Part shown: piece after piece, positions 24,598-39,500 of the stretch | Numbering within the stretch: the first letter of the stretch is position 1 | Layout of the letters: every line of letters starts with the position of its first letter | Assembly (NCBI RefSeq): GCF_031769215.1 | Contig: NW_026782379.1 | Span: 1-64,000 of the forward strand | Origin: Ylistrum balloti | Taxonomy: Eukaryota | Length of the DNA stretch: 64,000 nucleotides | Direction: 5' to 3' | Made by a program: the position numbers and the translations under genes | The notes under the pieces: generated by a model | Seen by the model: only the letters and a program-made list of their open reading frames with translations | Told to the model about the DNA's origin: nothing | The model's database searches: none

Positions 24598-27500
24598 GTA
24601 AGTCCAGAGATATTTACCATTGTCAGATAAGGGATTATATACTTTAACACATATTTCTGTTACACACAATTGTCTTCCTTTTTTAATTATACTCTAGGGA
24701 TTGTTTTAAAACGTAATAAGTTCGCTTTATGTTCTAATTTTATTTGTACCACACAAAGGTAATTGTTTTTACATTTATTTCAATGAGAGCAGTTTTGTTG
24801 TCACTAGTCTTGCATGTTATATAATTCAGGCTATGTAATATGTATGGATATTTGCTTTCTTCTGTAGGTTGATATATGTCAGGAATTATATGACACGATC
24901 AGGAACTACAAAACAGATGATGGAAGATTGATCTGTGAGACTTTCATCAGGGCTCCAAAACGAAGGTCAGTGTCTCATGATTTCATGTCTATAGAGATGT
25001 TTTCTTGAAAGAGCAACAACATACTGATCCTTACAGTATTGTACTGATGTAGTATCATATATTTACTAATACTAACCGGCCACATTATTTAGGTAGAATA
25101 ATTGAAAAAATGTTGTTGACCCTTGCTCGTTATTCACTTCATAAGGAAATCTGTTGATCTTGAAACCTTGGGACATACAATATCAGCATTGTTTGTATAA
25201 AAATTATGCTTACCTTATGATATTAAGTTGTAAACCTTTGTGAGCATACTGTTGGACACAGGAGCATGGGGATACAGATGCAGAAAAGATTTGATTTGAA
25301 GTGTGCATGAATGTCATAAATTCTAAACTGTTCTATCTTTAAATATTAATGATTGATAACGAGTGTTGTTTGATTTACAGAACAGCGGCTGATTACTATG
25401 ATGTTGTAAGCACTCCCATAGATTTACTCAAAATCCAACAGAAACTGAAAATGGAAGAATATGAAGACATAGACCAGTTGTCTACAGATATTGAGCTTAT
25501 GATCAACAATGCCAAGTCTTATTACAAGGTATTTATAGTACTGCACTTGCTGAAGAAAATCATCGTATTCATTTAGTCATATTTTATCTGCTTTGAAGTT
25601 TTTAATCAAAATGAGTGAATCTGAAAATCTCTAAGTTTTTCATTGGAATATTAATGATATCACAAACGTGGCTTTGAAATGAGAGCTGTTATCTTACATT
25701 GATAGCTAGTAAATATGTAACATATAACAGATCTTGTGAGTATGAAATATTGACCCCTGATATGTGAACATTTAAAATGGATGTAAATCGTGCAGTTATC
25801 AAAAGAGAGATGTAAGATAGTCAGAGTTTGAAAATTTCATTGAAATCATGAAAAAATATTTAGATATCAATATTGTGTATAAAATGCTGATTGGTATCAA
25901 TTGATTAAACATGGTAAGATTTTCTAGAAGTTTGATGCATTTGTTCTTGTAATCCTGACATCTGCATTGAGACACTGTAATGTCTCTAACATTTTCAATC
26001 AAAATTAGAAATAAATCACAAAATATTTATTGAAATTCATGTAATTATGGTAATATATAATCTGGTGTTATCACATAACCAGTCTTCACTCATAATATTA
26101 ATGAAAGTGAAAGTCACATGTTGCATACCCAGTATGATATGATCTTGGCAGTCCTTGTTGCATTTCTTAAGCTTGCTGTTATGCCATGAAAATTTGGTTG
26201 TTTATTTACCTAAAAATACTTGGAAACATTAAAATGAACTTTTAATTTCAGTTCTATTATATTTGACTGAGGCAGACAATTAAGGCCCAAAACTAAGTCA
26301 GATATTTATTAATGAAAATAAAATCCTGTTGTAATCCATGACATCCAAGCCTCTGTTTTTGTAACATAAAATCATGACAAAGTTACAAAAACATGTTGAA
26401 TGATAGAATATATACCCTAATGATGATATCATGTGAGATTCACCTTAGGTTTTCATAAATGCATTTAAAAGTGGAAACTACACACTGATTAAGGGGAAGG
26501 TCAAATATGTTATATGTTGCTCCACTCTCTCTATAAATGAACTGCAAATAATATGTCAAGCACACTCATGCAAGGACATATATTTTATAAAGCTATGAAT
26601 GAACGCATAGTTTCATCGAAGCTTTGTATGCTTATAGTGTTGGAACAGCATTTGAATAATGTGCTTAAAACATTAGAAAATAACAGTATTTCACTGCAAG
26701 CACAAAAAATGATAATGTTTTTCCTTTAACTATTCAAGGATTTAAATTGGCACACAGAGGTTAGGTATATATAGGCTCTCAAGTTGACTTGTGCTATTTT
26801 AATATTTATATACTTTACCTATCAATGGTTGATGTAACTTATTGGGAACAATGATATTTAGTTGGATGATGTTTTATATAAGTACAAACATGAAAAGCTT
26901 TAACATGCAATGATTGTTCTGATTTTTGTTCTCTTTGGTTGCCAGTATGGGCATTTTTAGTACTGTATGGTTCTGATGTAGAAAGAAGACTTATCAAATT
27001 AAAAATCAAACCTGTAGATATAAACTAGATCAACATCAGATGGTTCTATATAAAACAAGTGATCAGGAGAGTTGCTTGGGTTGTATTCTCCAAAATATTT
27101 AATTGGTTACTTATTCATTTAAGTCTGTTGTATCTGGTCAAACAAGACCAAATCACCTCTACAGAATGTACCAAGTGTTAAAGATATTACTGTCTTTCTT
27201 TGCAGAAAGATTCTCAAGAATACAAAGATGCTTGTGATATGTGGGAATTATTTAATGAGACTCGGAGTGAAGTGATATCTGAGGCATTCGGAGAACTTGT
27301 CCCAGGGGATCGGCGAGCAGGTCGTGCCCTTGCCACAGACAGTGATGATTTAGAGGATGACAAGGTGAGACTATTTGCTATGATGGGTATCATCAGACAC
27401 ATGCTTTAATTGCATGGTAAGAAATACATGTACTACCATCTGTTCTTATTCTTTAAACATGATGGTACCAAGATAAAAGTCTTCATAAGATATTCAGATG

Positions 27501-30500
27501 ATTGTAAAGCTAGTGATAGAAACTTGTCCAAAAGTAATAATTGATTATTAAATCTGTTTTGTCTATTATTTTTGTTCATTTGTTGTTATATCAAGTAACA
27601 AATTCCACGAGTAATATATTCTGTCACATGATGAAATACATTTCTCAAGATGTGTCCTGAGACTCCTTAAACTCTACTTAGGCTTAGAAGGAACTTAGAA
27701 GGAGTTTATAGGATTGGCAATATGAGATATTTTAGAGATATGGTTGTGTTAGTGTATGTTAAGCAATACATGTGATCTGAGTGTATATTAAGTACTCCTC
27801 TTTTCTGTTACAGGAAAGCTCCAACGACAGCAGCTTGTTACCAGTGGAGCCTGACACTCCCGAAGATCTGGAAAGCCTCTTTTCATCTGTAATGATGGCT
27901 CGTGATGGAGAAAGGGAGATAAGTCCAGCCTTCCACTTACTACCCTCCAAGTCTGTGAGTGCTTGTATGATTCCTGTATAGAGAGGCAGGGAGTGTGAAT
28001 GACTTTAATTTGATTAGAATTGACAATATTTGCCACTGTTCCTCTTCATAACCTATTCGTAAGGTCAAGATATTGACTTAGTTCTCAAATTTGCAAGTTT
28101 AAATAATTGTAAAGACCTGGGTGATTTCCACCTATTGACTGAATAGTTTGATTTTTTTTTAATTCCCAAAATATAGAATTCAAATGAAAGGCAACAAAAT
28201 AAAGTAAAAATGCTGATATGAAAGGAAAGTTATTGTAGAGGAACAGTATATGTATGTAATCTGATGAAAATATGACTCCTTGTAGTGTGTAGTAATCAGA
28301 ATGCTTGTCATTTCTTTATATGCTTCCTTGCTTCTGTATGTTCAGTTTAGTGGCAGAAAGGTAGTAATTTCCACCAAAAACCTTGTGCATATTGCTGTTA
28401 ACCTCGTGCTGATCACTAAGTTCCTGATCAACCTGTGGTGTGTCAACATCTTCTATTAGTGTTGTGTTGAATAGTTCTGTTAGTAGTTAATTGTTTTTAT
28501 GAAAGTTTTTATAATCATACAGTTTGAGACTATATTTTATCTGATTTCCATTTCCTAGCAAATAAGATATCATATTCAGTTGGTGTTGTTAACCCACTCA
28601 GTCCACTCCAAATAGAGGTACAAAACAACCCAAGATAGTCCTTGAAACTGGAGGCAGATTAAAGCAAATTTCAGTCTTATTTTTTTCATTAATTGATTTG
28701 CCCACTGAAAGACTGTCATAATGAAAGTAAAACCTGTTAGAATTATTTGAAGATGAATATGCTCGGACTTCTGAGGTTAACAGCAGGTTTTTGTACGCAA
28801 GGTACATTTACACTCTCATCTCAAAAATATAAAATATTTCCATACTTATCTACATAAGGAATTTTGCTTTTTATTTGTTTATTGTTTAGTACAACTTTTC
28901 ATTTGAAGGATGTATTTGGTAAACAAATGCTTGTTCAGTCAAAAGAAAATGCTAATGGAAAAATGTTTATGAAAATCATAATTTGTTATTAACAGTTATT
29001 GGAAAGAAATCTATTGAGAGTTTAAATGAGATAGAGTCAGCCTTTTCACTATTGTATCATTATATTATTATTTCTTTTTATTTGGATTTGTATAGACAGA
29101 AAATTGTTTTCAGTTTAAATAAAATGCATGCTAATAAAAGAGAGACTTTTACAGTGGAGCCAGTGTGTAATCTATAAATATGACTCAGAATGGTCAAATG
29201 TTATCCTGTCCAGCACACTAATACCAAACAATGAATGCATTGTGTTTTATTCACATCAAATACTTCCCATTCACCTAACAGTCAGTCATGGTCAGGATAC
29301 AGTCAATCTTGGTCAGCATTGTGTTGGATTTTTTTTTTTTTTTTTTTGCAATATCATTTCATTTAAAATCTCATACTCATGGCAGGATATTTTAAGTGTT
29401 TTCCAAATTGTGTTGTAATAAGGATTTCTTTCCAGTTCAAACACTTCACTATGGATACAAGTGTTGCTTATCTTCAGACTGAAGCTTAAACCTTACTAGT
29501 TTCATGCATTTGCTTTGCATATCATAGTTTTCACATCACCTGCTAGAGACAAATAAGAGTTGACAAATCTACAATGTCAACATGGTCCTATTCCCATGTT
29601 CTATATCAAACATATCAAAACATATCAAAATCTATATCAAAAACGAGTTTGTGACCTTAGTAACTGTTAAAATTTTTTCACAGTACCTGTTAATTCTTTA
29701 ATCAGTGATGGAAGGCCCTTGCAAAAATTAGCTCTGATGATGATTCAAGTTTAACTTCCTGATATTTCAAGACAGTATCCACAAATGTTGTGAGATACTT
29801 TAGCTTTGCTTCATGGAAAATTAAACAATTACTATATTCAGTATAGGGTGAAATAAAGAAAGATTAGAAATGATTTTTTTGAAAGAAAAAAAAAAGTAGA
29901 GAAAAGAAAAAAGAAACAACAAAAAGTAGTTTTAACAAAGCCCATTTTCATTTATCTGCAGAAATACCCTGAGTATTACAAGATAATTAAACAGCCTATT
30001 GACATGAAGATAATTGGTCAGCGCTTACAAGCAGGAGCTTACACAACTCTGGATGACCTGGAAAAAGATTTTCTATTGATGGTCAAAAACGCCAAAACCT
30101 TCAACGAGCCTAAATCCCTTATCTACAAGGTGTGTTTACAAGAAAATGAGCATTAAATTCCTTTTCAAATTCTTTGAAACACTGTTTTCCAACTGTTCTT
30201 CGGATATGGTCCTAGTATAATTTATACTTCTGGTATGCCTATCCATAACTCCAAAGATTTATATGTATAGTACTTCCATTTTAATGAAGGCATTGGCAGT
30301 ATCAAATGACTTTTTGGTGATTGCTGGAACACGTTTTTAGTCAGAAATATTACAAAAGTTTAGTTGAAATATGACTGTCTTCAAACTTTTTATTTTGGTT
30401 TTGTCTTTCCTTTTATTTTGTATTTGTGGATATGCACGTGTCCAGCTCAGGCATGATCTGTTTTATTTGGAAAATTTTCCAGCCTATAGTTTTGAACATT

Positions 30501-33500
30501 CAGCCTTTTTTGCTTGCAGTGTGTAAAGTATATGATTAACTTGTATTTTACTTAATTCATAAATATGAAATCATGCTATGCAAGTGCTATATTCAGTTAT
30601 GACAAGAGGTTTTTAACTATAAGTTTGTATTTTTCATAATGGGATAACTGCCATGGGAAGTCATGGAGTCCCATTTTGGTTCACTCATTAATTTAGCCAT
30701 AATAATTGGTGATTATCAAATATGATTTGGTCAACTTTAATTGACAATGAGACATAAGGCAAGATTTGAATCAGTGATTTTTTCTATCCAATTGAATATA
30801 CGATCAAGATTGTTTGCAGAACAACATTATTTATCATATCATTGTTCAGATTTATCAGGACTTTAACAAGATCTTATAGGTTCTGTGGACCATTGTAAAG
30901 TTACAATGTCATTTAATTTTTTTTTCAATTAAATTTAAAGCAAATTGTTTGACCTTGCCTTATTTGGTAATAGGATGCACAGACATTGAAGAAGGTGGTA
31001 CAGACACGGAAGATGGATATACACAATAAAGTAGCCCCTAAACCAGGGGAGAGAGCAAGGTAAACCATCCTTTCAACTGGCCCTTAACATTTTTTTTTTC
31101 ATAAGACGAATACAGCTTGTTTGGCCTGTTTTCAGTATAGACAGATTATTCAAGCTTTACTCCTAAAAATGTGAAATTTAACAATTACTCAGGAGGATAC
31201 ATCTCAGTATTTTCTAAAGTAGGGCCAAATGTGGACATAAGAAAATGCTGAGTTATTTCTATAATCCCTGTAAAACATCCTAACAAAACTAAGCTGTTAT
31301 TTCTAGAGTTTGTGATTCACTCAAAGGAACAAACAGAATCGACTCGAAAGAACAAACAGAATTTTTGAGCCTGAAAAGTATCTAGAAACGAAAAGGAGAT
31401 GGATGTGTGTTTAAAGTTGGTTAATCACTTTTTATACATGGATTTAAAAGAAAGAAGAGGATGGTAGTTCCTGATAGAAGCCTTGGTTATCTGGTTAATT
31501 TTGTTTCAATGTTACTTGGGATATTTGTCAACATTATACCCACTTCTATTTAGTACACTGATGTGAAGGGCTCTTTGTAGATACATGTATACCAGCTTTG
31601 GGCCTTCATTTTTGAAATGTCACTAAGTTGAAGCCCTAAAGTGTAAGAACAAAGTTTAAAAAAAACACATACTGAATACAATGAACAAAAAGGTGTTTCA
31701 TGCTATTGGTTAATTAACACTGGTTCTTGTCACAGTCGATCCCGGGACAAGTGTAGCTGGTCTTCCTACTGTGCCAATCTGCCATACCCTGTTGAGGAGA
31801 CATTTGAACCTCCTGTTTCCCAGGACTCCAACATGAGCATGGACTACGATGATGATTCTGGAACTGAAACTGTGGTGTCAGAGTTAGAGGAAGGTGACCC
31901 CTACTGGGCCTTACTCAATTACATCAAAGGCTTTAAGGGTCCTTCTGGGACTCCCCTGTGTGAACCCTTCCTTAAACTCCCCAGTAAAAGGTATGTCTTT
32001 TCATCACAGATTAAAGTACAGATAAAAGATAAATATTTATAATGAAGGTCAGTGATCAGATTCAGTGGTTGAAGTTGAACATGTTATGGCTGTATTATAT
32101 ACAAAACATTACTTTCAACACAAGTTATTTATTATAACATATTCCTGTAAACGAAGGTTTTAGGGTCAGTGTTATTGAAGTCAAACATCTACTTGATCCC
32201 AGGACTCCAAAATGTATCACTTCTTTCCATGGTTCAGTTTACTGCTTTTCAGCAAATTATTAAATTTCATGGGTGTTACTTCTATATACAACCCGAAGTC
32301 CTGAGTAGAATAGTTGTTTTACTAGAGCAGGCCTCATTGATTCTATAGCCATTGAAAATTGTTTTTGGTATATAAATAAAAAAGGAAAAATTGTATTTTA
32401 ATAAAATCTTTACATGTATCATACAAATTGCTTTATATTCTAACATTTTGAGAGTTAAAGAAACATTCTTGTTGATATCCTTTCCAGGTTTTACCCAGAC
32501 TATTATGAGGAAATTAAGAAGCCAATGTCACTGTCAAATGTTCGCAAGAAGCTGAAGGTACAAATCTTTTTTAAACATCCTACATTTCATTACTCTTTTT
32601 CTACCTCTTTTACTTGTGTACAATTGATAAGCCCACACATATATAATGTTAACCAATGTTCTCTAATTATCCTGTAATGATGCACCCCATGACTTTGAGA
32701 ATAAATCCCACTCATTCCCCCTATATTTGTAATATTCTTCATTTGAGCTTGGTTTTTGCAAGGACATGAAATAATGTTCAACAAATCCAGAATCACATTG
32801 TCATGATTGTGCATTTATGTTTCAGTACAAACAGTACAGAAGTTTAGATAAACTGACTGCAGATATCAATCTTGTCTTTGAGAATGCCAAACAGTACAAT
32901 GCTGACGAGTCCAAAATATACCAAGTAAGTAAGCGTAAAACTGAGTACTACACTCCAATATTAGGTTGTAAGACAAAACTTACACATTCATATACATGTG
33001 TATGAGACAGATTTCCTTATATTTTGATTCTCTGTTAAATATTTATATATTTATAAATATCTTAAATTCAAATTTGCACCATCTTCAATGACACTGTAAA
33101 TAAGGGGATGAGGCAGATAGTGTTTTCTATATCCATCCTGTCATGTTGTTTCACATCCTAAATCAGTGTCTAATGTCATTACTGTTAGAAAATGGTTATA
33201 GAAATATATCAAACAGTGCTACAAATTTGCACAGGTCAAAGAGCAATCAGCATTTACGTACTTTGATGAATTTTTCAAATGTTTGTATTCATCACAACAT
33301 TTGCTGTATTATTCTGCATTATTAGCATACTAACTTGAAATTAATCTGGACTGATGCTTTCTCTTACAGGATGCTGTCACCCTGCAGCAGGTGATGTGGG
33401 ATCGGAAACATGAACTGGAGCGTGGTGACTCTAAGGTATTTGTATGTCAGGTATTGTGGCATGCATAGCTGTGCTTGCTGATGCTTCCCCAAAGTTAGCT

Positions 33501-36500
33501 GCATCTCTGTTGTATTTTATGTTGTAATAACTTCTCAAGAGGAGAGGGGAAGAGAAATGTTAGAATATGTTTTTTACAGGAAGTATTTGGATGTTGTTCG
33601 GTTGATACTGATAGTTTATGGACTCACAGAAAACAGATTTTCTTCTATCCTACACTTTTATATAAGCAATATTGTCTTATTTTTGTTGTTGTTAGCAGGA
33701 TTGTCAGCTATATGAATCTGTCTGTGAATCAGTTTTGTTGGAATGGGTAAGGAATGCTGTTGTATGAAAACATTTTATGTTTTAAGAACTGGACCAGATT
33801 AAGGAATTCCTAAGTCGATATTGGATATAGTGTCTGATGTGAAAATGTAATTAACCAGACCATGAAGGGTTTGTAAGGAGAGAGATGTCTCTAATGTTGA
33901 GATGAGGGAGTTATTGATAATACTGTGGCAATACGACTGTAATTGTGTCTGTATAAATGTTGATAAAGGGTTTCTCTGGTGTTATAATATTTGCGGGAAC
34001 TTACAAGATTATGGAGGTGAGGATCTAATTACACAGGCAAATCATAATCTGAAAATAAGGATATAACCTGTTACATTGAATATTAATTTCAATTCATTAA
34101 AAATAGATTTTCCTTTTGTCCAGCTGTAAGGAATAGCTAGAGAGGTTATTTACATATCAGAACATTCATTACAAATAAGAAGACCAATGCACTTTCATTT
34201 CTCACCTAAAATATTGATAAATGAAAATTATTACCTGTTCTATCCATGCAATAAAGACAGGAAGTCAAGAGAAGATATCTAACCTAAAACAGTGATGTGT
34301 TTGGTTTATCAACTTATTTCTCATTACATTTATAAAGCATTTGTAAGCATCTGTATGGAGCTGTAATAGATATTGGTTTGCTTCTTACTGGACATGGCCG
34401 TGCTAGTTGGTGACAGCTATCGTTTATAGGTGTTATAGAATGTTAACAGACCTTACACTAACAAAATCACCTAAGATTAGATTAAACTAGGTTCACTGAT
34501 AATGGGGTTATTAGACTATGCATGATACTATTTTATGGAATGTTGTATATGGAGATTTCATCAATATAGCTCAGTTGTTGTAATAACTCCTGTTTAATGT
34601 GTGCTTTGACAATATTAAGTGGAGAGAAAGTTATCATAAAATATTTACTATGCATGTGGCTAGGATACAACTAAACTCATCTTTTCAAAATGGATTACAA
34701 TGTTTTTAATTGGTGGACATAAATAATCAAAGGCTCTATGTGAGATGAAAGCAGTTGCTGCAGTAACAAGAGAAAATAATGGAAGGCTTGTGACAATATT
34801 TTGGCTTATATAGGGGGGTGGGGGAAAGGAAAAGCATTTATTGCATGTTAGTATATTCTTCATATGAGTTTGTCACATTTTTGTTGATTTATGCATTATA
34901 AGTCCAATATTCAAAGGGATAGAAAATACACATCAGAACTGTCTGTGTTGGTGTTCATCACTGGTTGGTTTACATCTCACTCTTGTCTGTTTACATTGTT
35001 TTTATTTTCAAAGATTTTAAAATTATCACAATGTATGTTTTATATCTGAACAAGTTTCCTATTTGAACTGATTCATACTTGGTCCAGCATCCTACTACTT
35101 ACCTGGGTAAATGTTGGTGTTATCAGTTATCTGATAATACCTGTCTGTGAGATGTAGTAGATTAAAACCAATGTCTCATTGAATTAGTAATGATTCTGTT
35201 GTCAGACCTGCAGATAATGATTACAAAGGATGATCATTCTGTTTGCATGGGAGCAAGAGGAGGATGGACACTATATTCTATTTACACTTTTGGTTTTGTG
35301 ATTCAAATAAGCTGACTTCACTAGACTCCAAAATAGAAGATTGTTTTGTCGTGATTGGACAAAAAAACACTACCAGTTCTAAAGGGTTGACATAAAAATT
35401 ATTATGGTTGTGTTTTACATATAGATGTTGTGACTAACAGGCATGAATCAAGTGTACTGACATCTGTATCAACAGCAAGATTAAAAATGATAAAATCCAA
35501 TGAATATTTTATAATGAGGTCCAGTCAGCCCAACCATATTCCAGAGGAGAAGCAAAAATAATAATAAAAATGAAATGCAACAAATATGACATTCTGGAGA
35601 AAAAAGCTTCAACCTTATGTTTGATATAAAATGATTTAAGCAAAATGGGTTTACCTTAATGGCAAAAATGAGAATACTTCAGTCACGAAGAAAATTCTTT
35701 TAACGAATCTATGAACTTATTTACAGTTGTTTTCTTGGAACTGGATATCACATTAGCTTCAGCAAGATACTGATACATACACTGTATTAGCATGATTAAA
35801 AGTTGTTATCCAGCATTTTTGGAAGGTAGGACTAAGAAGTTTGTAAATGAAACTTCAGAATTATCACACAAATTTAAGCACTATGACTGAACTAGAACAA
35901 ATCACTCAAAAAAAAAAAACAAAAAAATTTACCTAGTACCCATATTTTGCTATTTTGCTGTCGAAAAAATCTATGAGTTACATCAGTGACCATTAAGTAA
36001 CCCCCTATAACAGATGTAGAATGTTTAGTTGTTTGTACTGCTGTTGTTCTGTACCCCTCTGTATGTTCTAACCAGCAAGGCTTCCTCTTAATGTTGTCAT
36101 TCTAATAGCTCAATGTCAGAGAATGTACAAAGTAAAGCTGTGTACTTGGTATCAAACTTACCCTGGTTTGATTCTGTGTACTTTTGATTTTATTCAGTTT
36201 TATTATGTAGCATTTTACCTTTTTCACAACATTTATTTGTTCGAAAAAGTGCCAAAAATGATCACTATATTGAATTGAAAGTTTTTACTGCTAAAAATGA
36301 TTACATGTAAATGGAATAAAAGCAATATTTGTTTCCGTTTTTTTCACAAAGAAAGTTTGCTATTTATTTAAAGTAATTATTTTCTTCAGACATTTTGAAC
36401 ATCAGTTCATCATAGACAATATAAAGCAATACTGGATTTTTAACACAGCTAATGCAGTCTATACATTATACTTATATAAAGTCTGCTGTTACAGTTCTAT

Positions 36501-39500
36501 ACTGTGTGATGTTTCTAGAATAAAAATCATCGTTAGTTAACATATCTGTACATTCTGTGGTTGCACAACAGGACGTTTTCATGGAGGAACTTTCTTCTCA
36601 ATCTGATTTCCCCTCCAGTGTGGTGAGTACACATCTACTGATGATGTCATTGATTTCTGCCCTTACTTACCTCACACATCCTTCTATACAACTCAGAAAT
36701 TTGAAGTGGGTCCATCGCACCTGCATGCAAATGAATGGTAATGAAGGAAATATGTTGGTGATACACAAAAAGGTGGTTTCCAGTTCAAATTGTCATTATC
36801 TGTTACAAAGGATTCAATGTTAGAAAGGAAATGACTTCCCGGTACAGGGCACATGTTGTTAGCAGTATAAATTTGGATACCCACATTTAGCTTTGTGTAA
36901 AGGCACGTTTTTTTTTATAATCTACATTAGCACTATGTTTTTATGTTACACAAAAGATATATAAAGCTTTTTGTAAGTTGCAAGGTTGTGGTGCTGTGTG
37001 CATGCATTATGTTTTCAAAAATGCAGATAGGGGAAGATTAGGAGCAAATGATGTCATCCTGTAGACTCATGTCCTTGATAAAAGAGAAGCTATATACAGG
37101 ATTACTCGAGCACTGCAGTACAGAAGTGGAAAACACTACACCTGTTTGTATTGATATACAAGGCAATATTTGTACGATATTCTCCAAGTCTGATACAGAT
37201 ATAACTTGAAAAGTGTCTAAAGCTCATCAAAACAAGTTATTGAATATATTGGCCAATATATATTTGTTTATGTGGAACTCAACAAATAAATATAGTGTTG
37301 TATTCAGAGATTTTTTACTTCTGATTTTTTGGAGTTAATGTTTGGGATTAAAGTATGGAATGATTGGTCTTACTACAAATCATCTTGGGGGTGGGGGAAA
37401 TACTGATAGAGAACAGCTTTATTGTTAGAGTATAATTTTGATAGTTTAGATATATTTTGTACATTTATTTGTATTTTTATAATATTAACTGTAAGGTTTC
37501 CTTGTTTAAATATTAAATGCCATTTAAGATACATGTTTTATATGATGGAATATTGTGGTATGGTATAACTCATTGCACAATTATTGACTATGGTAAATAT
37601 AAATCATTTAAGTTGTTGTGACCCCAACTAATGGTCTTTTCTCTTAAACCATGATGATTGAGCATGGACATCTAAGATAAATGTCTATATTATAGCTGTA
37701 TATGTTGTACATAAGAGAATTATAAGACAGTTGTCTGAGTTTTTATCATGTCATGTACCCAAGGTTATACCTTAGGTCAAGGTCATGCAGTATGGGCATT
37801 TGAAATGGTAGAGGTCTGATTCTTTTAGGTCTAGGTCTACAAGTTACAGCTCTGTTGTTTATTACTGCCGGACGAGTTGCAGGGTAGAAATAGGCTGGAT
37901 CTTGGGGTTTTTTGGCAACATTGACCAAAAGATTTTTAAGTTTCAATTACATGCTGGATGCAGGAAGGGAAAAAATTCACATTATATCACAGAACAATGT
38001 ATAGGAGGAAGACATGTTGATATATTTGAATCAATAAATCTTAAAACTGGTGTTTGTTGGAGATGGTCTATCCAAAGGAATTTAATAGGTTAGAAAAATA
38101 TAATCATGTGAAATTTTACATGTACATGTCCTTTCAATGTTTCACTTTTCTCTAGTATTGATCACTAAGTAAAGTATCTGTCATCAGCGCTCTTGGTGGT
38201 CTTTGTCAGCTCTGAATTTGGTTTGTTGTTGACAATGTTACTATTGGAAACTTTTGTAAAATAATGAATGACTGGTTATATTTGAAGGACCCATAATGTA
38301 AACATCCTTCTTGTGTATATGTATAAAAAATACACAGTTCATAACTATCAGTATTCACACATATATGGACCAACAGTATGTGTGTATAATATAGCACTGG
38401 TGTTGGTACTGTTGTGATTGCCAAGCATGACAAAGGGAAACCAATAATATTATATCAATGAGTAACAGTGTAATCATCTTCAAAATTCCAGGGGTTTTGA
38501 TATATTTAAGATCTCTGCACCCTGTAACATGCCATAGCAAAATCAAAGCCACACAGGAAGTGATTTGGTGAGTTCTGGAACAGGTTTCATGTGGAAAAAA
38601 AACTGATCAAGTGATCATAACCCCTGGAATTTTGAGGATACAATGTTGGAATATTTATTTGTCATATATGGATGAGTTTATGAAACAGTGCGATCATTGT
38701 CGATTGGAACATAGCATCATTTCAGATAAGCTATCGATTCAGTCGAAAATAAACCAATATCTATGCATGTATCACATCTTATCTTAATTGTTTCATATCA
38801 TGTCTCTGCTTAGGATTCTGGAAGTGAAGGGAATATTTTCACCAACAAAAACATACAAATTCTGTAATCATTTCTTCCTTTTCTAAAGTATTCCAAAATG
38901 TAATTTTTGCTTTATTGCAAAGAAGCTATAAGTAATTAGATTATACAAAGATTGTTTTGGAACAGTTCAAATGACAAAAGAAAATCTGGTTGAAATTATC
39001 AGGCCTTCAAAAAAATGTTACGTACATGTCTAGACTGATATGATTCCATCATCTTGTCTTTGACAGCCTTTACTGTGTAAGGTATACTCTGAGTACACCA
39101 CTGATATATCATACAGGATTTCTAGGACCTATTGTATTTCATTAATGAGAATAGAAAGAAAGATTTCAATTTCTGTGAGATTTCGAGAAAATATGGAGCT
39201 GGAAACACATTCTGTACCTGTCAAAAAATAAAACTTAATGATATTTACTATTTTGAAATGCCATGGAATTTCAATTTATAAATATCATGCTTGGATTTGT
39301 TTCGGTTTGCACTTGACAGTTGGATTTTATCCCTCACCCTCCCTCCCCTTGGCACCCCCTACAATATATATGTATAAAAGAGGTTCCTAATAAAATGAAG
39401 TTCATTAGATTTGACAACATTGAGATTGAATAAACCATTGTCTAATAAAGTACATTAACCAGATATATAGAAGTTGAACATGTCATGATTTACCTATATG

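Noticed and set aside
27625-27662. Intronic C/D-box snoRNA (ATGATGA...CTGA)
   Set aside because: The boxes are only about 35 nt apart, too short for a snoRNA, and no guide sequence was recognisable.
35093-35106. U1 snRNA 5' end (TACTTACCTGG)
   Set aside because: The match stops after 11 nt; it is just the reverse complement of a donor consensus.
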